DNA of 64,000 bases from Chthoniobacter flavus (GCA_945860745.1 CAMASH010000001.1:44700-108699), one strand, 5' to 3'; positions 1-15,613 are shown, counted from the first letter of the stretch. Notes: generated from the letters alone by a model not told the origin. Numbers and translations: made by a program.

Positions 1-315
1 AAAGTCCTCGGGCCACGCGGTCTGATGCCCAATCCCAAAACCGGCACGGTCACGGATGACACGGCCAAAGCCATCAAGGAAGTCAAAGCCGGCCGGATTG
101 AGTTCAAGCTGGACAAAAATGCCAATGTGGCCGTGCCCGTCGGCAAGTTTTCCTTCGACGAGACCGCATTGGTGGAGAACGGCAGCGCCGTCATCGACGC
201 CGTCGTCAAAGCCCGCCCGGCCACGGCCAAGGGTTCCTTTGTCGAAACCATCACTCTCAGCGCCACCATGAGCCCCGGTGTGAGCGTTGATCCCGCCCCG
301 TTCCTGAAAAACTAA
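1..315 (+). CDS. rplA: 50S ribosomal protein L1 (uL1), C-terminal part; 5' end lies outside the window
   Basis: Reading frame is open from base 1 ([18 protein letters not shown]..., a typical uL1 motif). It ends at 315 and is followed by rplJ-rplL-rpoBC in the canonical order. Confidence 0.9.
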   Translation, partial: KVLGPRGLMPNPKTGTVTDDTAKAIKEVKAGRIEFKLDKNANVAVPVGKFSFDETALVENGSAVIDAVVKARPATAKGSFVETITLSATMSPGVSVDPAPFLKN

Positions 316-326
316 CTGCCCGCGCC

Positions 327-839
327 ATGAGACCCGAAAAAGCCACCATTGTTGCCGACGTTCAGGCCAAACTGAAGAAGTCGCCCTTCCTCCTCATTGC
401 CGATTATTCCGGCATGCAGGTCAAACACTTCGAAGAGCTGCGCACCCGGCTAGCCGCAGCCGGCGCCGAGTGCCACGTCGTCAAAAATACTTTCGTCAAA
501 CGCGCGGTTAAGGAACTTGGCCTCCCTGAGTTGAACGGCGCCCTCAGCGGCCAGACCGCCATGATCACCGGGGAGAGCGACATTTGCGCTGCGGCCAAGG
601 TGCTGAAGACCTTCGTTGCCGAGTTCGAAAAGCCGCCCATCCGGGCCGGCATCCTCGACAACGTCCTCCTGACTGCCGAGCAGATCAAGTCTCTCGCCGA
701 TCTGCCTTCCAAGGATGTGCTGCGAGCCAAGCTGCTCGGTCTGCTGCTCGCCCCGGCGACCAAACTCGTCCGCGTGCTCAACGAACCAGGTGCCAGCCTC
801 GCTCGCATCCTCAAAGCCAAGGCCGAAGCTCAAGGCTAG
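327..839 (+). CDS. rplJ: 50S ribosomal protein L10 (uL10)
   Basis: 170-aa ORF between rplA and rplL with L10-like sequence (…ADYSGMQVKHFEELR…VVKNTF…). Position in the conserved operon supports the call. Confidence 0.9.
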   Translation: MRPEKATIVADVQAKLKKSPFLLIADYSGMQVKHFEELRTRLAAAGAECHVVKNTFVKRAVKELGLPELNGALSGQTAMITGESDICAAAKVLKTFVAEFEKPPIRAGILDNVLLTAEQIKSLADLPSKDVLRAKLLGLLLAPATKLVRVLNEPGASLARILKAKAEAQG

Positions 840-983
840 AAATTCTCAAAGATTTTCCGGACGTAAGAAGCCACGCTCCGGGAGAAAACAAAAAACAACA
901 CAGGTTCCTCGTCGGGTCGGCGGCTGCCGGCCTCAAATGTCCTGGGGCTTCGGGACGCGACGACACCACACCAAAAATACAAA

Positions 984-1361
984 ATGGCAGAAACACAAAA
1001 CATCGTTGACCAACTCAGCGCCCTTACCGTCCTGGAAATCGCTGATCTGGTGAAACAACTCGAAGAAAAATGGGGCGTCAGTGCCGCCGCGCCTGTCGCA
1101 GTCGCCGCCGCACCCGCCGGGGGAGCCGCTCCCGCCGCCGAGGAGAAGACCTCCTTCGACGTCATCCTCACCGAAGCCGGTGGAAACAAAATCGCGGTCA
1201 TCAAGGAAGTCCGCGCCGCCGTCTCCGGCCTGGGTCTGGCCGAGGCCAAAACCCTCGTCGAAAGCGCTCCCAAGGCGCTCAAAGAGGGCGTCACCAAGGA
1301 AGAAGCCGAAGAGATCAAAAAGAAGATCGAAGCGGCCGGCGCCAAGGTCGAAATCAAGTAA
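984..1361 (+). CDS. rplL: 50S ribosomal protein L7/L12 (bL12)
   Basis: 125 aa with an N-terminal dimerisation helix, an Ala/Pro-rich hinge ([21 protein letters not shown]) and a C-terminal KIAVIKEVR…[12 protein letters not shown]…[18 protein letters not shown]. Confidence 0.95.
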   Translation: MAETQNIVDQLSALTVLEIADLVKQLEEKWGVSAAAPVAVAAAPAGGAAPAAEEKTSFDVILTEAGGNKIAVIKEVRAAVSGLGLAEAKTLVESAPKALKEGVTKEEAEEIKKKIEAAGAKVEIK

Positions 1362-1507
1362 TTCCTTTCCCTGCGCAATCGCGGGAACGCGGCCGAAAGT
1401 TTTTTAATTTTTGGCTTGCGTTCCCGGCGCAAGGGTTCAATATCAACAACCCGCCGCTTCTTACCCGCTATCTGCACCGTCTGGAAAAAAGTCACTAATT
1501 GCGTCCC

Positions 1508-1558
1508 CGCACGAGCCGGAAATCTCTTCCGGTTCGTGCGTGGGCGTTTTGCTTTTTT
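1508..1558 (+). terminator. Intrinsic terminator/attenuator hairpin in the rplL-rpoB spacer
   Basis: 14-bp stem CGCACGAGCCGGAA (1508-1521) / TTCCGGTTCGTGCG (1527-1540, one G-U pair), 5-nt loop, then TGGGCGTTTTGCTTTTTT. A partial terminator between rplL and rpoB is a known arrangement. Confidence 0.6.
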
Positions 1559-1616
1559 CGTGATCGGCCGCCAGCCCGCGAATTGAACGGCCCACATCCC
1601 GACAAATACTACCGCC

Positions 1617-4600
1617 ATGTCTGAACGCATCTACTTCGGCAAACTGAAGGAAGCCATTGAGCCCCCGAACCTCATTGAACTCCAGATCAACTCCTACGAC
1701 GAATTTTTCCAGAAGGACGTGGATCCCTCGAAACGCAAGAACGTGGGACTCCAGGCGGTGTTCCGGGAGTTTTTCCCCATCTTTGGTTTCGAAGAAAAGT
1801 CCAGCCTGGACTTTGTCAGTTATGACCTGGGTGAGCCGAAGATGTCCTCCATCGAGTGTCAGCGTGAGGGCCAGACCTTCAGCGCGCCCCTCTATGTGAC
1901 CTTCCGTTACAAGGACGAACGGGCCACCAAGGAAGAGAAAGTTTACATGGGCGAGATTCCGCTCATGACCCCGCAGGGCACCTTTGTGGTCAACGGGGCG
2001 GAGCGCGTCGTGGTCAGCCAGCTTCACCGCTCGCCCGGCATTTGTTTTGAAAGCAGCGTTCACCTGAACGGAAAGTTGCTCCATGGCTTCCGCATTATCC
2101 CCGACCGCGGATCCTGGATCGAGGTCCAGTTCGACACCAGCGACCTCCTCTATGTTTACCTCGACCGCCGCAAACGCCGGCGGAAATTCCTCGCCACCAC
2201 GTTCCTGCGCGCGTTGGGACATCCTTCCGACGAGGATATCATTAAACTGTTCTACGAGATCTCGACTCTCAAGTTGAGCGAAACGCTCGACGAAGAGGAA
2301 ATCAGCACCAAGGTTCTGATCGAAGACATCCGGGACGGGGAAATCACCGTGGCGCGCGCCTTCGAACCGCTGAATGCGGCCACTGTCCGCCAACTCATTT
2401 CTCTGGGTCACAAACTGGTCAAGGTTGTGGATACCAAGGACGATGACACCATCATCAAATCCCTCAAAAAGGATCCCGCTCACGACGAGGAGGAGGCCCT
2501 CAAGGATATCTATCGGAAATTGCGTCCTGGCGATCCGCCGACCGTCCAGAATGCCCGCAGCATGCTCAAGCGTCTGTTTTTCGACGCCAAGCGTTATGAT
2601 CTCGGTCGCGTCGGCCGCCATAAGATCAATCAAAAGCTCGGACTGAAAATCAGCGACGAGGAACGCATCCTGACCAAGGACGATTTCGTCGCCGCGATGA
2701 AATATCTGGTCGAACTTCGCAAGGGCGAGGGGATGACGGACGATATCGATCACCTCGGCAGCCGCCGTGTCCGCACCGTGGGCGAACTTCTCGCCAACCA
2801 GTGCCGCGTCGGTCTGGCCCGCACGGAGCGCCTGGTCCGCGAGCGCATGACCCTCTTTGATGTCGGGGTCGATCAGATCACACCGCAGAAGCTCATCAAT
2901 CCGAAATCGCTCAGCGCCGTTGTGCGTGATTTCTTTGGGCGTTCGCAGCTGAGCCAGTTCATGGATCAGACGAATCCGTTGTCCGAACTGACCCACAAGC
3001 GGCGTCTGTCCGCCCTTGGGCCAGGAGGTCTGAGCCGTGACCGCGCGGGCTTCGAAGTCCGCGATGTGCATCCGTCGCACTACGGACGTATTTGTCCGAT
3101 TGAAACACCGGAAGGTCCGAACATCGGCCTCATCAGTTCGCTCAGCACCTTTGCCCGCGTGAACGAATTCGGCTTCATCGAGACGCCGTATCGTAAAGTC
3201 ATTAACGGAAAGGTCTCCGATCAGGTCGAATACCTGAGCGGCGATCGCGACGAGACTTTCTATATTGCCCAAGCCAATTCCACCCTCGACTCCCAGGGAA
3301 AATTCCTCAGTGAGACAGTGTCCTCGCGCTACCGCGGGGACTTCCTCGAAGTCGAACCCGAGAAGGTTCAATACATGGACGTCTCGCCCAAGCAGCTTGT
3401 CTCGGTCGCGGCCGGCTTGATTCCCTTCCTCGAGCATGACGATGCCAACCGCGCCCTCATGGGCTCGAACATGCAGCGCCAGGGTGTGCCGCTGCTCATT
3501 TCCGATTCGCCGCTTGTCGGCACCGGACTCGAAGCCCGCGTCGCCCAGGATTCCAAGGCCGTCATTTTGTCTGAAGCGGCTGGAAAGGTCGCTTCCGTCA
3601 CGGGCAGCCACATCATTATCACCAAGAACGGGGAACTTCCCGAAGGCAAGAAGAAGGTCAAGACCGATGCCGCCAATGGCACGTGGGTTTACGAATTGCG
3701 CAAATTCATGCGCTCGAATGCCAGCACCTGCATCAATCAGAAGCCCATCGTGCACAAGGGCCAGCATGTGAAGAAAGGCGAAGTCATTGCCGACGGTCCC
3801 AACACCGAGAAAGGCGAACTCGCCCTCGGTCGCAACGTGCTCGTCGCCTTCATGCCCTGGAACGGATACAACTTCGAGGATGCCATCATGATTTCGGAGA
3901 GGGTCGTCAAGGAGGACATCTACACCTCCATCCACATTGACGAATTTGAGATCGGCGCCCGCGACACCAAACTCGGACCCGAGGAAATCACCCGGGATAT
4001 CCCGAATGTCAGCGAGGAAGCCCTGCAAAACCTCGGCCCGGACGGTGTCATCCGCATCGGCGCCGAAGTCAAACCCGGCGACATCCTGGTCGGAAAAATC
4101 ACGCCGAAGAGCGAAACCGAACTCGCTCCCGAGGAGCGCCTGCTGCGGGCCATCTTCGGTGAAAAGGCCGCCGACGTGAAAGACACGTCGCTCACGGTTC
4201 CTTCCGGCACTTACGGTATCATCATGGACGTCAAGGTCTCCTCCAAGAAGGAAGTGGCCCGCAGTAAGATGACTCCGGCCGAATCCAAGCGTCAGCAGAA
4301 GATGATTCTCGACGAGCACAAGAAGAAGAAAGACGACCTGCATGAGCAACTGACCGCGGCACTTTCGAACATCCTGCTCAACGAAAAAATCCCGCTCGAT
4401 GTGGTCAATGCCCAAACCGGTGAAATTATCATCCCGGCCAATCGCAAGATCACCAAGCAACTCCTGCGCAAACTCGCGGCCGTTTACGACCACGTCGAAA
4501 TCGATCCGAGCCCGATCCGCAACAAGATCCGCGAGATCATCGGCCAATACGAGCATCGCTTTGAAGACCTCGAACGCGAGAAGGATGAAAATCTCGGACG

Positions 4601-5411
4601 GGTGGAAAGCGGCGATGACGTCGATCCCGGCATCATCAAGCAGGTCAAGGTTTACATCGCCAGCAAGCGCAAGCTTTCCGTCGGGGACAAAATGGCCGGA
4701 CGCCACGGGAACAAGGGTGTTGTGGCCAAGATCGTTCCCGAAGAAGACATGCCTTACCTCGCGGACGGCACTCCGGTGGACATCGTGCTCAACCCGCTCG
4801 GCGTGCCGAGCCGCATGAACGTCGGACAGGTTTTGGAAACCCACTTGGGCGTTGCCGCCAAAGCCCTGGGCTTCAAGGTCGCCACTCCCGTCTTTGATGG
4901 TATCTCCGAGGAAAAAATCCGCGAATACCTGCGTGAAGCCGGCACCAAGGAAAACTACACCTGGGTCAACGAAACCGGCAAATCGACTGTCTATGACGGC
5001 CGCACCGGAGACACCTTTGACCAGCAGGTCGTGGTCGGTTATATCTACATGCTCAAACTCGGCCATTTGGTCGCGGACAAGATCCACGCCCGCGCCGTCG
5101 GTCCTTACAGCCTTGTCACCCAACAGCCGCTGGGCGGCAAAGCCCAATACGGCGGACAGCGTTTCGGCGAGATGGAAGTCTGGGCGCTCGAAGCCTACGG
5201 TGCCGCTTACACCTTGCAGGAGCTTCTCACCGTCAAATCCGACGATGTCCAGGGACGCACCCGCATTTACGAATCCATCGTCAAGGGCGACAACTCGCTC
5301 GAGGCGGGAACCCCGGAATCGTTCAATGTTCTCATCAAGGAAATGAAGGGCCTCTGTCTCGACGTGCGCGTCGGTGGCAAGGAACCTTCGCTCACGGAAT
5401 CCGCAGCCTGA
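1617..5411 (+). CDS. rpoB: DNA-directed RNA polymerase subunit beta
   Basis: 1264-aa ORF with hallmark beta-subunit blocks (…[30 protein letters not shown]…, …[10 protein letters not shown]…, …[14 protein letters not shown]…). Confidence 0.98.
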   Translation: MSERIYFGKLKEAIEPPNLIELQINSYDEFFQKDVDPSKRKNVGLQAVFREFFPIFGFEEKSSLDFVSYDLGEPKMSSIECQREGQTFSAPLYVTFRYKDERATKEEKVYMGEIPLMTPQGTFVVNGAERVVVSQLHRSPGICFESSVHLNGKLLHGFRIIPDRGSWIEVQFDTSDLLYVYLDRRKRRRKFLATTFLRALGHPSDEDIIKLFYEISTLKLSETLDEEEISTKVLIEDIRDGEITVARAFEPLNAATVRQLISLGHKLVKVVDTKDDDTIIKSLKKDPAHDEEEALKDIYRKLRPGDPPTVQNARSMLKRLFFDAKRYDLGRVGRHKINQKLGLKISDEERILTKDDFVAAMKYLVELRKGEGMTDDIDHLGSRRVRTVGELLANQCRVGLARTERLVRERMTLFDVGVDQITPQKLINPKSLSAVVRDFFGRSQLSQFMDQTNPLSELTHKRRLSALGPGGLSRDRAGFEVRDVHPSHYGRICPIETPEGPNIGLISSLSTFARVNEFGFIETPYRKVINGKVSDQVEYLSGDRDETFYIAQANSTLDSQGKFLSETVSSRYRGDFLEVEPEKVQYMDVSPKQLVSVAAGLIPFLEHDDANRALMGSNMQRQGVPLLISDSPLVGTGLEARVAQDSKAVILSEAAGKVASVTGSHIIITKNGELPEGKKKVKTDAANGTWVYELRKFMRSNASTCINQKPIVHKGQHVKKGEVIADGPNTEKGELALGRNVLVAFMPWNGYNFEDAIMISERVVKEDIYTSIHIDEFEIGARDTKLGPEEITRDIPNVSEEALQNLGPDGVIRIGAEVKPGDILVGKITPKSETELAPEERLLRAIFGEKAADVKDTSLTVPSGTYGIIMDVKVSSKKEVARSKMTPAESKRQQKMILDEHKKKKDDLHEQLTAALSNILLNEKIPLDVVNAQTGEIIIPANRKITKQLLRKLAAVYDHVEIDPSPIRNKIREIIGQYEHRFEDLEREKDENLGRVESGDDVDPGIIKQVKVYIASKRKLSVGDKMAGRHGNKGVVAKIVPEEDMPYLADGTPVDIVLNPLGVPSRMNVGQVLETHLGVAAKALGFKVATPVFDGISEEKIREYLREAGTKENYTWVNETGKSTVYDGRTGDTFDQQVVVGYIYMLKLGHLVADKIHARAVGPYSLVTQQPLGGKAQYGGQRFGEMEVWALEAYGAAYTLQELLTVKSDDVQGRTRIYESIVKGDNSLEAGTPESFNVLIKEMKGLCLDVRVGGKEPSLTESAA

Positions 5412-5448
5412 AACACGAAGATAGCAACGAAGTAACCATCATAAGATC

Positions 5449-9765
<4,317 letters not shown>

Positions 9766-9774
9766 AAACTCTCC

Positions 9775-10518
9775 ATGTCCGAATCATCACCAAACGTTGC
9801 AATCATGACCGAACTCCTCGAAGCCGGGGTCCATTACGGACACCAAACCAAGCGGTGGAATCCCAAGATGAAGGATTACATCCTCGAGGAAAAAAACTCC
9901 ATCTACATCATCAACCTCGCCATCACCGTTGATCAGCTCGCCCACGCGGCGTCTTACCTCGGTGAGGTGGTCAAGGGTGGGGGCAAGATCCTCTTCGTTG
10001 GCACCAAGAAGCAGGCGCAGGAAGCCGTCAAGGAAGCCGCCGAGGCGACCGGGCAGTTCTTCGTCAACCAGCGCTGGCTGGGGGGAACGCTCACCAATCT
10101 GCAAACCATCCGCCGCAGCGTGGCCCGCTTCCGCGAATTTCAGGAGTTGGAAAAATCCCCCGCTTTTGGCCGCCTGAACAAGGCCGAGGCCTCCGCGCTC
10201 CGCCGCGAAGCCGTCAAGCTTCATCACAACCTTGAAGGCGTCCTGAACATGGACAAGCTGCCCGATGCCATTCTCATCATCGACACGAATCGCGAGGAGA
10301 TTGCCGTGGCCGAGGCCGCGCGTCTAAAGATTCCCGTGGTCGCCATTGTGGATACGAACTGCGACCCCGATCGCATCAGCTATCCGATTGCCGGCAACGA
10401 CGATGCCATCCGCTCGATCCGCGTGATCCTGCAGAAGATCGTGAATGCCATCGTGCAAGCCCAGGGAGTGCGCGGAAAAATCGCCGCTCCCAGCGAACTC
10501 GAAGCCGTTTCGGAATAG
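9775..10518 (+). CDS. rpsB: 30S ribosomal protein S2 (uS2)
   Basis: 247 aa (…LLEAGVHYGHQTKRWNPKM…IYIINL…FVNQRWLGGTLTN…), followed by tsf as in the conserved rpsB-tsf pair. Confidence 0.95.
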   Translation: MSESSPNVAIMTELLEAGVHYGHQTKRWNPKMKDYILEEKNSIYIINLAITVDQLAHAASYLGEVVKGGGKILFVGTKKQAQEAVKEAAEATGQFFVNQRWLGGTLTNLQTIRRSVARFREFQELEKSPAFGRLNKAEASALRREAVKLHHNLEGVLNMDKLPDAILIIDTNREEIAVAEAARLKIPVVAIVDTNCDPDRISYPIAGNDDAIRSIRVILQKIVNAIVQAQGVRGKIAAPSELEAVSE

Positions 10519-10609
10519 TTGGTTGGTGAGGGTTGTTTTTGAGAGGCGAAAGCTTCCTCTTTCCATCCTATCAACAATCAACCCTCAACCCTCAACTTAC
10601 TTCAAATAA

Positions 10610-11215
10610 ATGTCCGATATCACGCCCTCACTCGTCAAGGAACTCCGCGAAAAAACCAACGCGGGAATGATGGATTGCAAGCGCGCGCTCGTTGAGGCCG
10701 CCGGTGATCTGGCCAAGGCTGAGGAAATCCTGCGCAAGAAAGGCATCGCCAGCGCCGGGAAAAAATCCTCCCGCGTGGCCAAGGAGGGCATCGTGGCCTC
10801 CTACATCCATCTGCAAGGGAAAGTCGGCGTATTGGTCGAGATCAACTGCGAGACGGACTTTGTGGCCAAGAACGAAATCTTCCGCGAATTCGTCAAAGAT
10901 ATCACCCTGCACATCGCCGCTGCGCATCCGCTTTACGTCTCGCGTGAACTCGTTCCCGACAACCTCATCCACGCTGAACGCGAAATTTTTGCCGCCCAAG
11001 TGGCGAACAAGCCGGCCAACATCGTGGACAAGATCGTCGATGGAAAGATCGACAAGTTCTATAGCACGGTGTGTTTGCTGGAGCAGGCTTTCATCAAAAA
11101 TCCTGATCTCAGCATCAAGGATTTGGTGAACTCGAAGATTGCGGAACTCGGCGAGAATATCGTGATCCGCCGCTTCACCCGCTACATGATCGGCGAGGAT
11201 CTCGGGGAGCGATAA
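10610..11215 (+). CDS. tsf: Translation elongation factor Ts (short ~200-aa form)
   Basis: N-terminal UBA-like motif (VKELREKTNAGMMDCKRAL…) and …VEINCETDFVAKN…; located directly after rpsB. Confidence 0.93.
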   Translation: MSDITPSLVKELREKTNAGMMDCKRALVEAAGDLAKAEEILRKKGIASAGKKSSRVAKEGIVASYIHLQGKVGVLVEINCETDFVAKNEIFREFVKDITLHIAAAHPLYVSRELVPDNLIHAEREIFAAQVANKPANIVDKIVDGKIDKFYSTVCLLEQAFIKNPDLSIKDLVNSKIAELGENIVIRRFTRYMIGEDLGER

Positions 11216-11467
11216 GCGTGCTCCGTGCCGGCCAGGGGGCCGGGACCGCCGCTTTCGCAGACACCCAATCTGGCGCTCTGTGATTCTCATCAGCGCTTGC
11301 CTGCCTCTCCGGGTCAGACCGCCGGTTTGAATTCCTCGAGAGCAACGGGACGACAGACCGCATTCACCGGCCAGAGATTTCTCTGCGGGGTGCCGTCGAG
11401 AGGAACGGGTAGCGGGCGAGTTCGTCGATTTCACGCTGGAGGCGGGTGATGTCCACCTTGCTCATGG

Positions 11468-12156
11468 CTAGGCGGGGCGATTGACGTTCTTGTAGCACAG
11501 GTAGCTGGCGGGCATGTCGCCCATGGCCACGAACCATTGCGGGCAATAGGGAGTCATCCAGATCACGTCGCCCTCTTTCACCGGGTAATAGTTTTCTTCC
11601 AGTCGGTAAACGCCCTGACCCCGAGCATGAGCAGTCCGTGCTCCATGATGTGCGTCTCGACGAAAGGAAGAGTGGCGCCCGGTTCGTAGGTGAAAATATT
11701 GAGAGCCAGGTCGTAGCGGAAATCCTCCGGCAGCAGGGTTTTCCGCAGGGCCCGCGGGTTTCCGAGGAACGGTTTTCCCTTCACTGTTTTGGCGTCGCCG
11801 AAAAGCGCCGCGGGAGCTTTGCTGCCCTCCAGGGGTTCGAAGACCTTGCGGAAACAGGTTACGGCCGTTCCGGATCGGGCCGAGGAAAATTCCAACGCAT
11901 GGCCAGCCGGGCAAAAGGCATAGCCGCCGGGACCGAAGATCCGGGTTTCCGGGCCGATGCGAACCTTGCAGGCGCCGGCCTGGACAGAGAGGGTCGTCTC
12001 GATCCCATCAGCCGGCAGCAGGGCCGATCCGTGCGCGGAAAAACGAATGAGCAACTGCGTGAGGTTGGCCCCCATGGCCGGGGAGATGAGAAAGTAGGGA
12101 GTTGCCTTGGAGAAACCCGGCAGCGCACCGGGCACATGGCCGTCGTCAGCGATCAA
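11468..12156 (-). pseudogene. allE: (S)-ureidoglycine aminohydrolase-like bicupin (AllE/YlbA family), interrupted by a frameshift
   Basis: Two overlapping minus-strand ORFs (11578-12156 and 11468-11914) together rebuild the AllE-like C-terminus: …FVETHIMEHGLLMLG / QGVYRLEENYYPVKEGDVIWM… (compare E. coli YlbA …[36 protein letters not shown]…). The frame switches at a C/G run near 11619-11622. Similarity also extends upstream of the TTG at 12156, so the start is uncertain. Confidence 0.65.
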
Positions 12157-12268
12157 GGCATGGCGGGCGGCAACCCGTGTGCGGGTGTCCCCGAATAGTG
12201 CGCCATCCCTTTCTCTCCATCATAAATCCCTCATTCCGTCACGCCTCCAAGGTCATCTTGCGAAAGTT

Positions 12269-14050
12269 TCAAGCAGGCACTGCGGACGGCGGGGCTTTTC
12301 TGGCGAACTGGAGTTCGTGCAGGTGGCTGTAGATTCCGCGCTGTTGCAGGAGTTCGTCATGGCGGCCCTGCTCGGCGATGAGGCCTTCCTTGAGCACGAG
12401 GATTTTGTTGGCGTTGATGATGGTGGAGAGGCGGTGCGCGATGACAATACAGGTGCGACGCGCCATCAGGTGGTCGAGCGCTTCCTGAACCAGGCGCTCG
12501 GACTCCGTGTCCAGGGCGGAGGTGGCTTCGTCGAGAATGAGGATGCGCGGATTCTTCAAAATGACCCGCGCGATGGCGACCCGTTGGCGTTGTCCGCCGG
12601 AGAGTTGCACGCCGCGCTCACCCAGCCAGGTTCCATAACCAAGGGACAGACCGCTGATAAATTCATGGGCATTGGCCGCCCTGGCTGCGGCGATGACTTC
12701 CTCATGGCTCGCGCCGGGGCGTCCGTATTTGATGTTTTCTGCGATGGTGCCGGAGAACAAAATATTGTCCTGCATGACGATGCCGACCTGGCGGCGCAGG
12801 GACTGCACGTTGAATTCGCGGATGTCGCGTCCATCGACCAGAATCCGTCCCGCGGTGGGATCATAAAACCGCGCCAGCAGGGTGATGACCGTCGTCTTAC
12901 CCGAACCACTCGGGCCCACCAGCGCGTAGGTCTCACCCGCTGGCACGTCGAAATTGATATGGCTCAGCGTGGTGTGTTGGGGACGGTAGCCGAAGGAGAC
13001 ATCCGCGAAGGTGACCCGGCCCTCGACCTCCGGCAGTTGCGGGAGTTGCTCGTTTTCCGGGATGTGTGGCTGGGTGTCGAGCAGGGTGAAGATTTGTTCC
13101 AGCGAGGTGGCGGCCTGCTGCATCACGGCGTTCGATTCCACGATGCGGATGACGGGCGTGTAGAGCAAGCCGATGAAAAACAGAAACGAAGTCAGTTCTC
13201 CGACGGTGAAATCCTTCGTGTGCATGACCAGATAGGATCCGTATCCGAGCACCACAAAAATCCCGATGCCGGAGAGAAAATCGGCCCCCACGCTCAGCAG
13301 AGAATTCCGCCAGACCACGCGGGTGTAATTGAGATAATCCGCCTCGATGCGCTGGCGGAAGACCTCCACCTCCGACTGCTCGGTGGCAAAGGCGCGGACC
13401 AACCGGGTGCTGGCGATGCGCTCATGCAGGAAACTCAGCACACGGTCCCAATTGCGCCGGTGGCGTCGGCTTTCAATGCGCAGGCGGCGTTTGTGCCAGA
13501 AATAATTCACCAGCAAGAGCGGCAGAATGGCGTAGGTCAGGATGGCCAACTGCCAGTTGGCACTGAGCAGAATGAAAAGTACCGCCACGAGGGTCACGAC
13601 ATCTCCCAGGAGGTTGACCGAGGCCCCGGTGACCAGACTGTGAAACGCGCCGGTGTCCTGACTGATCCGGGAGACGATTTTCCCCGTGTGGCGGGCGTCG
13701 TAAAAGCGGAGGGAAAGGTTTTGCAGGTGGCGGAAAATATTCACCCGCATGTCGCAGGTCACCCGCATGCCGGTGCGCTGGATGAGGAAATTACGGGTCA
13801 GGAGCGTGGCACTGCGGCCGATGACGGAGAACAGAAAAATTCCCAACAGCCAAAGAGTCTTGTTCCAGGAATCCCTGGCGGCTGCTTCGTCCACGATCAT
13901 TCCAATCAGTTTCGGCCGGATCAGTTCAAAGCCTGTCACCAGCAAAATGAGAAAGAAGATCAGGACCAGCTTCTGCCAGTAAACCAGCAGGTAGGGGATG
14001 AACCGCTTGAGCGTCGGCCAGATATCCGAGCCGGACTTGTCAGATGACAT
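12269..14050 (-). CDS. ABC exporter, fused permease/ATPase (MsbA/ABCB-like)
   Basis: 593 aa with a 6-TM N-terminal half, Walker A GPSGSGKTT, signature LSGGQRQR and Walker B ILILDEATSALD. Confidence 0.9.
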   Translation of the reverse strand: MSSDKSGSDIWPTLKRFIPYLLVYWQKLVLIFFLILLVTGFELIRPKLIGMIVDEAAARDSWNKTLWLLGIFLFSVIGRSATLLTRNFLIQRTGMRVTCDMRVNIFRHLQNLSLRFYDARHTGKIVSRISQDTGAFHSLVTGASVNLLGDVVTLVAVLFILLSANWQLAILTYAILPLLLVNYFWHKRRLRIESRRHRRNWDRVLSFLHERIASTRLVRAFATEQSEVEVFRQRIEADYLNYTRVVWRNSLLSVGADFLSGIGIFVVLGYGSYLVMHTKDFTVGELTSFLFFIGLLYTPVIRIVESNAVMQQAATSLEQIFTLLDTQPHIPENEQLPQLPEVEGRVTFADVSFGYRPQHTTLSHINFDVPAGETYALVGPSGSGKTTVITLLARFYDPTAGRILVDGRDIREFNVQSLRRQVGIVMQDNILFSGTIAENIKYGRPGASHEEVIAAARAANAHEFISGLSLGYGTWLGERGVQLSGGQRQRVAIARVILKNPRILILDEATSALDTESERLVQEALDHLMARRTCIVIAHRLSTIINANKILVLKEGLIAEQGRHDELLQQRGIYSHLHELQFARKAPPSAVPA

Positions 14051-14117
14051 CGATGAGAAACACCTCGCTCCTCAAGTGAATCAGATTGCCCGTCCCCGCA
14101 AGGAAATTCCGGAAAAT

Positions 14118-14801
14118 TCAGTGAATCTCCTCATCGCGGTGCCGCTGGAGAAGGGAAATGGCAAGAATCAGGGCGAAGGAAATGACGAGGAGAACCAGCG
14201 CGATGCTGTGGGCCTGGGCGTAGTTGAGCTTCTGCACCTCATCGTAGAGTTGAATCGAGGCCACCTTCGTCACCCCGGGGATGGCTCCGCCCAACATCAG
14301 AACGACGCCAAATTCCCCCACGGTATGGGCAAAACTCAGGATGATCCCCGTCCCGATCCCCCGCCGGGCAATGGGCAGGCTGATGTGCCAGAAGATCTGC
14401 CCCCAATTGGCCCCGGAAATGCGGGCGGCTTCGATCAGGGTGGGGGGGATGGCCTTGAGGGCGGATTGAAAGGGCTGAACCGCGAAAGGAAGACTGTAAA
14501 TGACCGAGCCGATGACGAGTCCGGTGAAGCTGAAGGCGAGGGTGTGACCGGTCAGTCCGACCCAGGCGGCCCCGAGGGGATTCTGCGGAGCGAAGAAAAT
14601 CAGGAGGTAAAATCCGATCACCGTTGGCGGCAGGACGATCGGCAGCGTCACCAGCGTTTCGAGAAAAATGATCCCCCTTCCACGGGAGGTATTCAACCAG
14701 TGGGCCAGGGGAAGTCCGATCAGTACCAGGAGAATGGTGGTCACCGTGGCCAGCCTGAAAGTGAGCAAAACAGACTGCCAGATCTCCGGAGAAAAAGCCA
14801 T
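14118..14801 (-). CDS. modB: Molybdate ABC transporter permease
   Basis: ModB-like sequence (…PLAHWL…LPIVLPPTVIGFYLL… EAARISGA…F…ISLP…). Start set at MAFSPEIW (14801), 13 bp after the modA stop; the longer ORF to 14846 overlaps modA. Confidence 0.85.
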   Translation of the reverse strand: MAFSPEIWQSVLLTFRLATVTTILLVLIGLPLAHWLNTSRGRGIIFLETLVTLPIVLPPTVIGFYLLIFFAPQNPLGAAWVGLTGHTLAFSFTGLVIGSVIYSLPFAVQPFQSALKAIPPTLIEAARISGANWGQIFWHISLPIARRGIGTGIILSFAHTVGEFGVVLMLGGAIPGVTKVASIQLYDEVQKLNYAQAHSIALVLLVISFALILAISLLQRHRDEEIH

Positions 14802-14814
14802 GTCGGGGAAAACT

Positions 14815-15564
14815 CTACTGCGGCAGGCGGAAACCAAAGCGGTCAAAGATTTCCCTGGCCTTGGCGGAACGCAGAAACGCGATATAGAGCGCGGAGGCCG
14901 GATTGTCCTGCCCCCTGCGGGTCACCACGGCGGCCTGTTCGAGGCGCGGATAACTCTCTCCGGGAATCTCGACCCAGCGTCCGACCTTGGCCAGCTTGGG
15001 CGACAGCACGAGGGCCAGAGCGACGATTCCGGCATCGGCATTGCCGGTCTCAATGAACTGGGCCGTTTGCGCGATGTTTTCCCCGTAGACGACTTTGGGT
15101 TCCACCTGATCCCACATTTTGAAGTATTGCAGCGCGGCCTTGGCGGCGCGGCCGTAGGGCGCGTGGTCGGGATTGGCAATGGCGATCTTCTTGATGGCGG
15201 CGTTGGACAGCGATGTGAGGCCGGAGGATATGTCGGTCTTTTCGCCCGTGGCCCAAACGACAAGGCGGCCGACGGCGTAGCGACTAAGGGATTCCTCATC
15301 GGCCAGACCCGCCTTGATCACGGCTTCAGGATAACTCACATCGGCCGAAAGAAAAACATCGAACGGCGCACCGTTCTTGATCTGGGCGAAAAAATTCCCC
15401 GACGAGCCGGTGGACGTCTTAAGGTCGATAGCGGGATGCTCCTTTTCGAATGCGGCATGGAGTTCCTCCAGGCAGTAAACGAGGTCCGAGGCCGCCGCGA
15501 CGGAGAGTTCGCCGGCCCGCAGGTCGCCGGCGAAAGCGGCCAGCAAAATGAGAAGGAGACGCAT
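14815..15564 (-). CDS. modA: Molybdate ABC transporter periplasmic binding protein
   Basis: 249 aa with a signal peptide (MRLLLILLAAFAG…) and a ModA-like body (…VAAASDL…SGSSGNFFAQIKNGAPFDVFLSAD…); adjacent to modB. Confidence 0.85.
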   Translation of the reverse strand: MRLLLILLAAFAGDLRAGELSVAAASDLVYCLEELHAAFEKEHPAIDLKTSTGSSGNFFAQIKNGAPFDVFLSADVSYPEAVIKAGLADEESLSRYAVGRLVVWATGEKTDISSGLTSLSNAAIKKIAIANPDHAPYGRAAKAALQYFKMWDQVEPKVVYGENIAQTAQFIETGNADAGIVALALVLSPKLAKVGRWVEIPGESYPRLEQAAVVTRRGQDNPASALYIAFLRSAKAREIFDRFGFRLPQ

Positions 15565-15613
15565 GGGAATCCGTTATCTCATGACGGATATAACGCAAAG
15601 CCGAAAACAGCGA

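Noticed and set aside
1461-5147. Very long antisense ORFs opposite rpoB (1228 aa), rpoC (5392-6858, 6868-8382), the ABC exporter (12107-14047), trpE (39851-41641), uvrB (45116-46270, 46301-47083) and others
   Set aside because: Their products are low-complexity and rich in Arg, Gly, Ala, Asp and Val, with no recognisable motifs. They mirror strongly supported genes on the other strand. This is a typical stop-codon-poor antisense artefact of high-GC DNA.
10518-10596. Inverted repeat in the rpsB-tsf spacer (TGAGGGTTG … CAACCCTCA, with inner AGAGG/CCTCT)
   Set aside because: The stem is only about 9 bp perfect with a 43-nt loop and imperfect flanks. This is not clearly beyond chance, though it may be a processing or attenuation site.
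11364-11465. 33-codon ORF (MSKVDITRLQREIDELARYPFLSTAPRREISGR) starting 2 nt after the allE stop
   Set aside because: It is too short and matches no family I recognise. It could be a remnant of a truncated gene, but there is no supporting evidence.
12269-14050. Could this be the missing modC ATPase of the modAB transporter?
   Set aside because: It is a full-length exporter-type protein with its own six-helix transmembrane domain fused to the NBD (MsbA/ABCB-like). It is not an importer ATPase with a Mop/TOBE domain.
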